NCBI GenBank assembly: GCA_036172245.1 | Contig: JAYWIR010000018.1 | Location: forward strand, 1,054,001-1,118,000 | DNA length: 64,000 bases | Reading direction: 5' to 3' | From: Raillietiella orientalis | Lineage: Eukaryota | Part shown: positions 37,601-49,100 of the stretch, piece after piece | Layout of the letters: each line of letters starts with the position of its first letter | Numbering within the stretch: position 1 is the first letter of the stretch | Made by a program: the position numbers and the translations under genes | Notes under the pieces: generated by a model | The model's input: the letters and a program-made list of their open reading frames with translations, nothing else | Told to the model about the DNA's origin: nothing | The model's database searches: none

Positions 37601-40400
37601 CGTCTCCCCCCCCCCGCCCCTCGCTTCTTCTCTTTGGGCGGATAAAATGGAAGATGCATTTCAGCTTCCGAAAAAGCCGGCAAGGTCGTTTTTTCGCTTC
37701 GTCCGGAGGCGCAGAAATCAGCACGCAGAGCGCCGCTCTAGCCAAGACGGGGAGCGTGGACTCTGCCGCGATCTCTCTTTTATCTCGCGCGCTCGAAGTG
37801 TCGTTCCTCATCACCCGGCACTCGACGAAATTAGCGATCAGCGCGCGAATCCCTGGATGCTAACTGCGCAATTTCGAACGCCAATCCCGCCGAGGAGGGG
37901 GGGGGGGGAAGATCCGCTTCCGAGAGAGATCGTCATTGTTGCGCTTCCGCGACGAACTGTGACGTAACAAGCGTCTCCCCCCCCCCGCACGGCTGTTTCG
38001 CGAGTGCGCAGGGATTCGCAACGTTCCGAGCGTATTAATCTGGTGAGCATCCTGCGTCACAAACAGCAGCAGCAGCGCGTGCTCTTGGTGATGATGCACT
38101 AACCAGAGGCCCGTGAATGAAACGCGTTCCGCAGGGTTCGAAGACTTTCGTGAACGTTGTGAGCTACGTCAGATAAGCCTCCCGGCGGCATGGTGCGGTC
38201 GTGACGTCAGGACCTCCAGAGGAGCCGAGGAAGGGGCCCGCTCGTCGAGCACCGCCTTTGCCGCCGCGCTCGTTCCGCTTGCAGAGAGGGCTGTTTGGTT
38301 TTCCGCCGGAAAGCGCCAATAACCCTTCGCCTTCCTCCCGTCCCGACGCCCATCGCGAGATTCCGCCCTCAGGGAACGGGAAGATTCCTCCCATGCGCCC
38401 CCCCCTCCTCCTCCTCCTCCCAGGGAGTCGCGCGCGACGCTCCGGAATTCGCGGAAGCCTGCCGGCTGGCGACGCTCTCTCGTCTACCGGCTGGCGGACA
38501 CGTCATGAGCCCGCCCCCACGGGCGAAAGGAAATCCCAGCGCGAGTGTCACCGCGCGCGGCATCCGGTGAAGGACACGTCAGAGCAACTCCTGTCCCCCT
38601 TCCCCTGCTCCTTTTGTCGGGATGGCTCGGAAAGGTCCACCACCGCGGGAGGCGGAGGAACACTTGGCGACTGGGAGCGGGGAGCGAAGGAGGCGCCTCC
38701 GACCCCACGGCGCCGGCGGCGAGAAGGGGAAGCAGGGAACACCGCTAGGAGAGGGAGCCGAGGAGAGAGAGCGGGAAGGGGGACCTGGAACGGACAGGAC
38801 TGTCGGGAGCTACCGTCGGCCGCCGTCCGGGATCCAGGAAAAGGCAGGAAGCCGGGTAAGTCCGGCAGGGTGCGCAGGCGCAGAAACGACGGCTTGCAGT
38901 CGGACCATGTGGCCGCTGGGGTGGAGAGCGTGCAGCCTAGGCTGCGTCTCCGAGGAGGAGGAGGCGACGCAGTGGAAGGGATGAGGAACGAAGCATGAGG
39001 AAAAAGGCGATGGGAGCGGAGAGGAGTGTATGGGGTGGGGTGGGGGGGAAAACGAGGAAAGAAGACCTGCAATGAGGAGGGGTCTTCCGGAAGCTCTCTC
39101 TCGTGCGCGCGCGAGAGAGAGAGAGAGGAGGAGGAGGAGGGAGAAGACAGCTGGCGGGACTCGCGAGGGCGGGATGAAGGGAGATCCGCGGGAGGGACGG
39201 GTTGGCGGACGCTCCTTCGACAGACGCGGCGGTTTCTGCTTGTCTTCCTGTTAGGGAACGAAGCGCCCGAGGCGATCTCCGAGCCCTTCGGAAATATCGC
39301 CGGGAGTGAAAAGACAGACGGACTTCCGGAGCGCTTCACCCTGCCACGCAGGTCAGCTGTAGGGGTGGCGGTCGGTGGCGCGCCGGGGAGAGCGGCGCAT
39401 CGCGGAAGCTTAGCCCGCTCCGGAGATTTCAAGCCTTGCCCTCCCGCTTTTCGACCTCCGGGAGAACAGGGCCCGAGGCTACCTCTGGAGACGCGGCGGG
39501 TTCGGGTGTCTGGGGGGCCGGCCGGAGCGTACCTTCGCGGGAAGAACCTTCCGGTCTCCCGTACCGTCCCTTTCCTGACGCTCGCGGAGTTCCGGGACAA
39601 GGCAGGCGTTCCCGGGTCGCCGCGGTCGCGAGCGCAGGGCAGCAGCGGCTCCAGGAGGCCGCAAGGACGCTTGGGCGTCGGGTTGTCGTGGCAGCGGCGG
39701 CGGCCGGATTCGAAGGAGAGGGGAGGGGGGGAGAGACCCTTCGCCTCGTCCGTCCCGCCGCCCGGGGGCCGGTCGTCAGGGTGGAGGCGGAAGGAAGAGG
39801 GCGCGTATCCAGGGCAGCCCTCGCTCCGGCTTCGCCCGTCAGAGGAGAGGGGGCCACGGACGGATCGCTGCTTCCAGACTCCGCGCCTCCCCTCGACGTG
39901 GCAGCTGCGGAGGGGGAGCGAAACGCGAAGACGGAGCTCGCAGAAGAGAGGATGGGGTTCCTAGACGGCGTCGGGTCTGGCGGGGCGGATGGGGGGGGAA
40001 GAAGACGAGCGCGCGCGTCGGAAGCGAGGCGTGCCGAAGACGGGAGGAGGAAGGGCTGGGGAGTCGCCGCGCGGACTGGCTCTCTCCCGCGGGCCGGCCG
40101 GTCGGCGGAACGGGGCCGACGGCGCTTTTCGGCGGCCTGACGGCTCGCTCGGCCGGCGCGCGCGAGCGCATGGGAGGTCGTCGCCGGCAGGCGCGCTCGC
40201 CAGGCTCGTGCGGCGCGGAAGGACGCCTGCTGCTTCGCTGCTTGCGGACCACGCGGCTTGCGCGGTGCGATGCGCCGCCGCGCGACGCAGCGGGTCCGCA
40301 GGAGGAGGAAGAGGAGGAGGAGGAGGAGGATGGCCGGAGGAGGAGGCTCGCCGGGGTTTTCATGATCTGCTCCGATGATACTTAGGGAGGCAATTCGGGG
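28700..40400. other. Very GC/CpG-rich block of heavily decayed repeats with no recognisable intact gene
   Basis: Visibly far more GC-rich than the gene islands, with many (GC)n runs. Patches resemble LINE 3' ends (e.g. GGCCCATGGCCCACCAACG at ~31975 versus GGCCCTTGGCCCACCAACG at ~11930). Overlapping Arg/Gly/Pro/Ala-rich ORFs occur on both strands. Confidence 0.6.
32325..32480. repeat. Polypurine (GA-rich) low-complexity tract
   Basis: About 150 nt almost entirely A/G (GGAAGAAAGGAGGA-type motifs). Confidence 0.9.
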
Positions 40401-41870
40401 AGATCCAGCCGAACGCGTTATTATCACGTTCGTTTATCGTTACCCCGAGCGCGTCAAGCGAATGCAAATGTCTATTAATAGCTCCCAGCGAGAGAGAGTG
40501 GGGGATGCGCTCTGCCCCACTGTCACCCCGGAAGGTGGAGCGCCAAAGTGTAGATGGCGATCCGAGATAACGCGGGAAGAATCGGGAATCCACAGGAGGT
40601 GTTCCCCGAATCCTGCGCGGAGGCGATTGAGTTGGGCTGAGCTGTGGGAAATCCGCGGATGCTGAGATCCCGCTTCGCTGCTTTCACTTTCGTTGGCTGA
40701 TTTTAATCCTACTCAGTTTTTTCCTTTCCTTTTCATTTCCTTTTTTTGCCGCAGTCCCTCACATTCTGCAGGACCCCTAACAAAACACCCGAGTGTCCAG
40801 CATTCTGCCGTCCATGCATGTATATTCATAGCAACGCTTCCAGGTCTTGGATTTCCTAATTCCAACTGATTGCTTGCTATTGGCGAGAGAGTGCCGAGAC
40901 GCCCGGCATCCATTCCTCATTATTTTTGCTTGGAAATACCATTTTCGACGAGAAACAGATACGCGCGTGCACACAAAGGTGTTTTCTCAGGAATCTTCTT
41001 AGGTGGGATTTTAAAAAAGATAAAAAAAAGAAAAAAAAAAAGCATAATAGATTCCGAGCAGATCACTGACATCGGTAAACAACAACAACAACAGCAACAA
41101 CAAGGTTTTCTTTTATTAAAGTGCAAACTGGAGGAAAGCAATTGCTAAATCGAATTCTGCGGCGGGCAACGAGGATCGACAGCGGTAATATTTATCCGTG
41201 AGGCAATTCAAAAAGTTCACGAATTCCCCGGGAATGCAACAGGGATGAAAATCGCTTGCACCGACTATCCAGTGGCAGCGTCGAGAGCGAGTTGCCACTG
41301 GAAGCCTTCCCCTTTTTAAATGTTCTCTTGGAAAACCACGCGTGAGAAATCGCAAACCTCAAAGATGTGCGAGCATCCCGGCGCAGTATCGCAGCTCCCG
41401 TAGCTGGGATGCTCTGCTTTTCTCTGTTCGTCCTCCGCCCGAACATCAGGTTCCGCCGGGGCTGGTGAGAAACAGAATGCTCGCTATTGGAGCCAGCTCG
41501 GGATTTCTCTAGGTGATTCCCTTGGACTCACCGTGGTCGCCGGCTGAAAATCAATCCTGATGCGCCAAGCTGTTCCTCTTACTCGGTGAAATCGATCATC
41601 ACCATGGAGCTCCTTCCCTCCTCCTCCTTCCAGACTTCACCAATAAATACTGTTGCTGAGATGCGGGTTCGCGTATGGCAGAGACGCACCTATGTGCAAA
41701 TAACTTGGCGAGGCTCCTCCCAGTACTGTACACGGCTGAGCGCCCTTCCCCGGCCCTCCCGGCGCGCGAGGGAGGGCGCGCCTTGGGAAGGGGGACGAGA
41801 CGGGGTGGGGATGCGGGGGGAGAGGCGGCGGCCAGCCGGCTCCGCCGGGGGGCATCCTCCCCCTCCTATT

Positions 41871-42200
41871 CTACTTCTTGACCTCCAGGTGCTCCGGCTT
41901 CGTGTCGAGGGATGGTGTGGTCACGTGGGCGTTCCACGTCGCGTACGGCTTTTCCAGATATTTCATGGACTCGTTCAGGTAGTTTTGGATGGCAGTCATG
42001 GCTGCCACGATGGCGGGGCTGCCGAACCCGTGGGTGATCAGGGAGAAGTGCGTCGGGTTCCTCTGGATGTTGGGCTCCAGGATGCTGTGCGGGCGAGTAT
42101 TGCACAAGGGGAAGCGGTCCTGGTTCAGCAGGTCCATCAGCTCCTTGGGGGTCTGCTTGGTGACCGTGATGAGCTCCTTCCTGCGGAACTGGTCCGTAGG
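41871..42200 (-). pseudogene. TFAP2: Transcription factor AP-2 C-terminal helix-span-helix segment; orphan exon or probable pseudogene fragment
   Basis: PTDQFRRKELITVTKQTPKELMDLLNQDRFPLCNTRPHSILEPNIQRNPTHFSLITHGFGSPAIVAAMTAIQNYLNESMKYLEK..* has the AP-2 THFSLITHGFGSPA signature. An in-frame TAG sits immediately upstream and no upstream AP-2 exons were found in the window. Homology is certain; pseudogene status is inferred. Confidence 0.8.
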
Positions 42201-43570
42201 CTAGCAGCTATAGAAAGGAGGATAGCAAGCACGGGCGCACCGGGACCGCTTCCGCGAAGATCGGTGGGCAGAAAACAGCTTCACCAAGGGACATCTGCAG
42301 TTTCATCCGTTGTACCCGACGATTTCTAGCCAGCCTTCGATGCGAAGCTCCTCAACAGTCCGTAGTCCAAGTCCAAGTCTCACAAGAGATGAGGATTATT
42401 GGAGACTTCGGGATCCTGGGATGCTGCTGTAACATCCCGGGACCATCGCAAGTTATGCTCTTCCTTATGTATCCAAAAAACAAGGCGTAAGCCTTCTTTG
42501 TTCGAAAATCCAAAAAAAAAAAAAAGCAGGGAAGGAAGGAAACTCAACGCTCACTAGTTGTAAAATTTCGATGTGTTTGAATCCCGAAGACAACTTCTTT
42601 TTTCGAGTTTTACCGAGCGACCGCAGATCCCTGACGGTATTCACAGGGGTGGGGTGGGGGTGGGGAAACCAGTCTGCACGACCGGGATGGACAGCCGTTT
42701 CAGAGGAGTCCAATCCACCCGCACTCTTCGCAAACTCCGATTCGACAGACTCTGCAGCAGTTTCGATGGAAACCGCGTGTTCCCAAAACGCTACTGCTGT
42801 ATTTGCATAACACTCCAGTCGAGAAGTGCCGGAGCGTTCGGTCCCGGCGGCTCCGCCAGGGAAGCGATCAGCGCACGAGGCTCACAAACGAACAGGAAAA
42901 CATTGTACTGCCGCTCGGGATCTCCCGTGTCTCCTGGACGCAAGGGTTCCACTTCCAGAGTCGCCGGGCCTCCCGTGCTTGTTGTTACGTAACCGCTCTC
43001 TTGTCTGCACGAGGCGTGCCGGCGGATGGCAGCATGCGGCACGAGTTGCAACACCTAAAGCAGGTTTTTCGAGCGTATCGATCACCACTCACTCACCTAC
43101 GTACGTTACGCGCGTACATGTACGCTCCCTCACGTGGGGGTGGCGTGGGGTGATTCGCTGCGCACGTCGTCGCACCGGAATGACGAAGCCTCGCGGCTGC
43201 CATTTACCCCAAAGTGGTCGCACACTTTGAGGCCATGGAAAGATGATGCTTCCGCGATAACCGAAAACGCCGCTTCAAAATCTTCACGACCCCGTCGCAG
43301 CTTCCTGGCGGAGCACGGTCATTTCTCCGAGAGCCGATGCTGCCTTTGGATCTGCTTCCCAAATAAAACAGAACGGGAGGGGGGAAGGGAAAAAATTTTT
43401 TTTTTTTTCTTCTTCGAAATTTCAAAGTGCTGGCCGATTACGCATTAGTGTATTACTTTAAACATTACTTTTCCCACGAACCGACGGAGAATTTCAATTT
43501 CCTCGAAGCTCTGTGTTAATTCAGTGCTCTCGCTTTTTTTTTTTTTTTTTTTTCCGAACAGCAAATTAAA

Positions 43571-43642
43571 GGGAGGGGGGGAGGGCAGGGGGGGGGGAAG
43601 GGGGGAGGGAAAGAAGGGGAAAAAAAAAAGGAGGGGGGGGGG
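43571..43642 (+). repeat. G-run cluster (potential G-quadruplex)
   Basis: More than four runs of 3 or more G separated by short A-rich linkers. Confidence 0.6.
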
Positions 43643-44064
43643 CTATGTATTTCTGTCGTCGTGCGTGAGGCAGATATTTGGAGCAAATTACACGAGCCGC
43701 GGCTATGAAGCTTGGAAGCGAGTATTATAGATGGCAGGAACGTACGTTACCATAAGCTATGGATGGAATAACCGAGACAAAGCTAAAATGGTGGAAACTC
43801 ATTTCGATGACTTGGATCGTTGTACAAATCGAATTGTGATGTTATGTGTGTGAGGATGGCAGCGAATACCTGGGGAAAGGGTAAGCACTCTTGTGATCGC
43901 TGTGGTGGTGGGTGCCGATTCTGTGAAATTGCAACCGTTGCATTGGCATGGGCCCTGCACCAAATCTTCCTTTGGTTTCATGCCGACCGCTACCTCCTCC
44001 AAAGATGCTGGTACGCGACTAACATGAGTTGTGGCACTGTCCATGCACATGTATTCAGGCAAGC

Positions 44065-44099
44065 AACATGCCGACTATGAGGAACATGCCGACTATGAG
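44065..44099. repeat. Exact tandem duplication, period 18
   Basis: AACATGCCGACTATGAG-G-AACATGCCGACTATGAG. Confidence 0.9.
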
Positions 44100-46160
44100 T
44101 GACTGAACTGTTCATGCCGTTATTATCCACTCCTGCTTTCCCTGCGAGAGCAGCCGTTTTCCACAGAATTATTATCGCTGCATTTGATGAATGAGAGCCT
44201 CCTTTTTTTGTTTTTTTTTTTTTTTGTTCTTTTTGTTTTTCGTTTTTTGTTTTTTTTTTGTTTTTTTTCCTTTCTTTCTCTTGTTTCCTCCCCCCTTTTT
44301 CTTCTTTACATGTCGCTGCTGCACGTTTTCTGACTCTGGATTGTACGACAGTTTTGTGGAATACACACATATTCACACACACACACACACAACGTACAGA
44401 AGGAATGCAGCAATTCTCCACCACGGTTTCCTTCCCAGAAACTTCAGTAATCGGTTCATATGTGACGGTTGCGTTTTTTTTTCACCATGTGTGAAATTCG
44501 TTAATTTTATCACCATGAAAATACATTGATTTTTGGGATTTTTTTTTTTTTTCTCTCCCCCCTGTGCTTACATCATGTGGTTCGCCATAAATTGTTGTAA
44601 CGCTACTCTTAATTCAGATGAATAACCAAAAGCAAATGTTAATTCATTAATTATTCAGACAATAACTGAAGTTGAAAGGATTCAAGGGAAAAAATGTTAA
44701 TGAAAGTGTGTTTAAGTGAAAAATATTGTGGTTTCAAAATGTGCATAAGCATTTTTTTCAATAGTTTTTCACATGATGCTTAAAATATGAATGGGAAGCA
44801 TTAGATTCTTTGAAAAATGAATTTTTTATTAAAAGCAGTAAAGGTATGCTAGATCTGTTTTGTGTATTTTCAAATTTGTAAAGCAATTGCTTTCCCTGCT
44901 GTGTTACTTGTGGTTATCTCATTGCTTTTTATTTTAAGCATTTGAGTGTCTTTAGATTCAATTTTATTCAGCTTTATGTCGATATTCCGTTTATGAGTAT
45001 CACAAGGCTAAAATGTTTTAATTTGGTATTGGTAGAACATTTTCGATCGCATAACCATTTGATGTAAACATTATCATATTATCTCAGGGATTCGTTATTG
45101 TTATTTAGTTAGTAGTTTCTCCTGATTTCACTTTTCATCGCATATTTAATAGCAGTTCTAACAAGCGATTATGCAAAGCATTGCTTTTGAAAAGTGAACA
45201 TCAAAAGTGTAAATGTTGGTATTGTAAGTGTTGTTTTAAACATTCTCTGCTTCTGAACAGTGTTTTGGGAACTGTGAAGCATTGTGCAGTCATCTCCTCT
45301 CTCCATTTTTCCATGCACCTATGGTTGGTGTAAAATTGGTTTGTCATGAATGTAGGAAGATGGAATTAATCTTAAATGAAAGAAACCTGTGTGTTTCCTT
45401 GACATAAATGTGCATAAAAGCGAATTCCTCTTTATTCCCAAATTAGGATGACTTGTGAAACAGTGTAATCATCCAAATGGTGCATTTGTAAACCCATAAT
45501 AGGTGGATTGGAGCATTTTACTTGTGCATTATTTTACTGAAAAAGTAATTTCATGAAAAACCAAAGTTGCATAGGACCAATTGTGTCAGGATGCACATCA
45601 CGGTATCCTAAAAAGTGTCATGTTAGATCACTGTACTTGTGTTCATAGTTTGGTGCACACTTTTATTTACAGCCAGTGTTCTTGTTATCCTTGTTTTCCA
45701 GCAATGGAAAGCGTTTCACTACTTAGTCACACTGGTAAACTCTAGTGGAATTTCAGTAAACACATTTTATTTGGTGAAATTTTCAATTTATTTGTTCATT
45801 ACTATTATGAAATCAAGAATACGTGTGCCCCTTTTTTTTTTTTTGTTCGTTTGTTTGTTTTTCTTTATCCCCTTAAACACATCAATATTCCACAAATACT
45901 ACTCAAAAACTACAATTGTATTTTGTGACTTCGATAAATTATGTATAACCAGGCAACTTTTGTAACCCCTTGCATGATGCGCTATTTTCAGTTGTGTTCA
46001 TTGCTTCCAGAGTTTGTGTTTGTAAATTATTTATGCTGCCTATAAGTCATATACTGAAATGCCACATTTCTTTATACAAAGGTACTCAGTTGCTTACTAA
46101 ATGAGGTGCAAAAATTAAATGTGATGTTGGGTGGGAGACAGTGGCCAACTTAAGGCAGAA

Positions 46161-49100
46161 ATGGCCAAGTTATTAAACAAGGATCCCTACACATACCAAA
46201 GAGAACATGGCTCATTTCTCCGTGAGCTGAAGCAGTTCCATGAACTCAGAGGGTATTTACGCATTGCCGACGTAGTTTTAGAATTGATGAAACTAATGTC
46301 CCTGTTCTGTTTTAGGACGTCATTCAAACGCGTTCCACGAATAAATGGAAGAGAGATCGATTTGTATCTTTTGTACATCTTAGCAACCAGCCAAGGAGGG
46401 TGGGAGAAGGTAATGCTCTCTCTCCTAAGAGTTTTTCCCTTTTTTTTTTTCTTCTGGCTGGCAGTGGATTTTCTAAGGTCGGCCGGCTGGCGACGAACCT
46501 TGATTTCCGATGGTCAGAAATCGGTGGTGACCATACATGCGCTTGTGACAACGTCACGAAACACTTAAATCCCGCGCCGTAGCGAAATGATTTGTCTCTC
46601 CCCGCGTGTGATCACGCTCTGCACCCATCTACCCTTCACGTTGCCGGTTATCCCGCACGCGCGCCGAGCGGTGCCGCCGTCTTGCAGTGGGAGCTGATCG
46701 ATCCTCCTTAATTTTCGATGAAATCAGTAACACTTGCCGACTTTATTATCAGTTCTCCTTCCCACCCACCCCTGCCCGTCCCCCTATTGTTTTTGATACG
46801 CGTAGGGCGGGGGGGGGGGCTTCTCGCCAAGTCCAGAGAGCCTCCTCATTTTTTGTATTTGTTGTCGGAACACACGGAAACGCTATGGGTATAAAATAGC
46901 AATGTATGCGCAGAAATCACTTCGCAAACATACACACCAAGTAAAGACGGATTCTTTTCATTACGCGAAGTATATATATATATTTTAAAGAGTTCTATTC
47001 AATGGTCACCCCCTTCGTTTCACACTTGAATTAAAGGGTTGCGTTCAGGCCTCGGTAACGTGCAGCTTTAAGCAAACTACATAATGGCGAAGAATGTGGT
47101 ACATTTCGCGCTTCCACTTATGTACCTTGCACCAATAATTTCGTACCCTTATCTAACTTTTCTAAAGTAGCTGGAAAATGAACTTTTCTTCGAAAGGACT
47201 TCTCGAAGATCTCGTTAGCTCGGGCGTAGCCCCGATGTTCGTTGCCGAAGTCTTTCCGTAGTGAGATTTTTGTTTCGTGTTTTACTGATGCCAAGTTGCG
47301 GGGGGGGGGGAGGAATAAATAAATAATAATGGACTAATTACGTCTTAATTTACGAATTTCCAGATTAACGATCGCAACGAATGGGAAAGATTGTGCCCAC
47401 ATTTTCATATTCCTGAATCTTGCACAAATGGCGGTGTTGCGTTGAAGCAGATATACTTGAGGTAAACATATTTAGGGGATCGATTGCATTGCCTTGATAT
47501 TGGAAATTGTTGCTATTGGATGATTCAATAAGATTCACCAAATGATCATCGTGCCAACTTGAGCATATCCTTCCTCCATAGGTATTTGGACCATTATGAA
47601 AAAATACATTTTCATGGAGAAGATCCTACCTTATCCCGTGGCGATGACATAGAGGGGCGACACAAAAGAAAAGTTCTTTCTTCTTATCATAATGTTTCGC
47701 TCACTTATAATAGCAGCCAACACAATATTTCTGGTGGGATACTAACCTATATGCTGTCCATAAAACTTCTACAGATGTTACTCGTTCGTCTCTTGGTTTG
47801 TCCACTACTTTACATCAGTCTTGTGACTATGAAAAGTTGATGTTGTCCCTACTTTGTCCACTGCCCAATGATCAGGATTTTTCAATCAATGTGTGTACTC
47901 TGTTATCTAATGAAGGACAACACACATTGAGATTGGACCGGTGCCCCAGGCTGGTGGACTTTCTGTTGGCTTTCACAGGCATATGTGACCAAGGTAAGGG
48001 GGAATTGTAGAAATGCAACTCAGAAAGGTGGTTTGCAGATAATGTATGGCAGTTATATGAATCTCGGAATGCAGCAGCCACAAAATTCTGGCGAGATGTG
48101 ATTTCTTTACCCAGTATACAGCAGCTTCTTCCTACTGATTTTTTGGAAGAAGATGAGGAAGATACAACTCAAGAAGAAAACTTGTTTGCTAAGAGGCGTC
48201 AACAAGACATTCGAGAGCGTGATGGGTCGCGTATGCAGCAAATTGCCCATATTATTCGAAATTTGAGTTTCGACGAACCCAATCGTTTGGTACTGGCGCA
48301 AAATAATGCATGCCTATGCTTTCTACTACTTTGTGCTTATTCCCAATATGGGTGTTTGCCCCAGCTTGCCCTGGATACTTTGACCAATCTGTGTGCTGAT
48401 CTGGAGCTTCAAGATTCCTCCACCCATTTGCCCTCTGCATTGCTTCTTAGTTTAGTAGAAGAGGGCATTCATAGCTCAGATCGTGCCCACGTGCTCATGG
48501 CTCTCGAGTGCTTAAATAAACTGGCCCAGCAGGAACGTAATGAAGATGAGCTTTTGGCCCATTTGCAGGTCCCCACATATCATCAGGTGTGTCTGTATCT
48601 GGCCTTACCTGACATCTTACTATTAATTCACACTCTGGAGTGTCTGTATGCTCTGAGTGCCCTTGGTGAATTGGCTTGCAATGCTATAAGCAATGCTCCT
48701 GGAGCTTTGCAATCTCTTTTTTCTCTTTTGACTGTGGAAGGTCAAAGTTATGGTCCTCGTGCCTGTATCCTCATGAAAGTGGTAGAATCTGGAGATTGTA
48801 AAGAAGAGATTCCAAAGCCCTCCGAAATGCCCAGATCTACTATAATCCAGTCTGCCCGCTCTTTATCCCAGAATACATCAAGTTCAGATGAAAAAGAAAC
48901 ATTTATCCATTCATGGTTAAGAAGTTATCTGGATCAACATGTGGAATCAAGTATGGAGCAAGCTGAATTATATCGAGAATACCTAGCATCTATGGCTCAG
49001 CAAGGCAAAAAACATGTGTTGAGTGCACAAGATTTTGTCTGTGCTGTGCGGTGAGATATGCATGTTGTGGTGCAACAAGTTACAAAAATGTTGTAGATTG

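Noticed and set aside
41586..42329. 247-aa plus-strand ORF
   Set aside because: Antisense shadow of the GC3-rich AP-2 segment.
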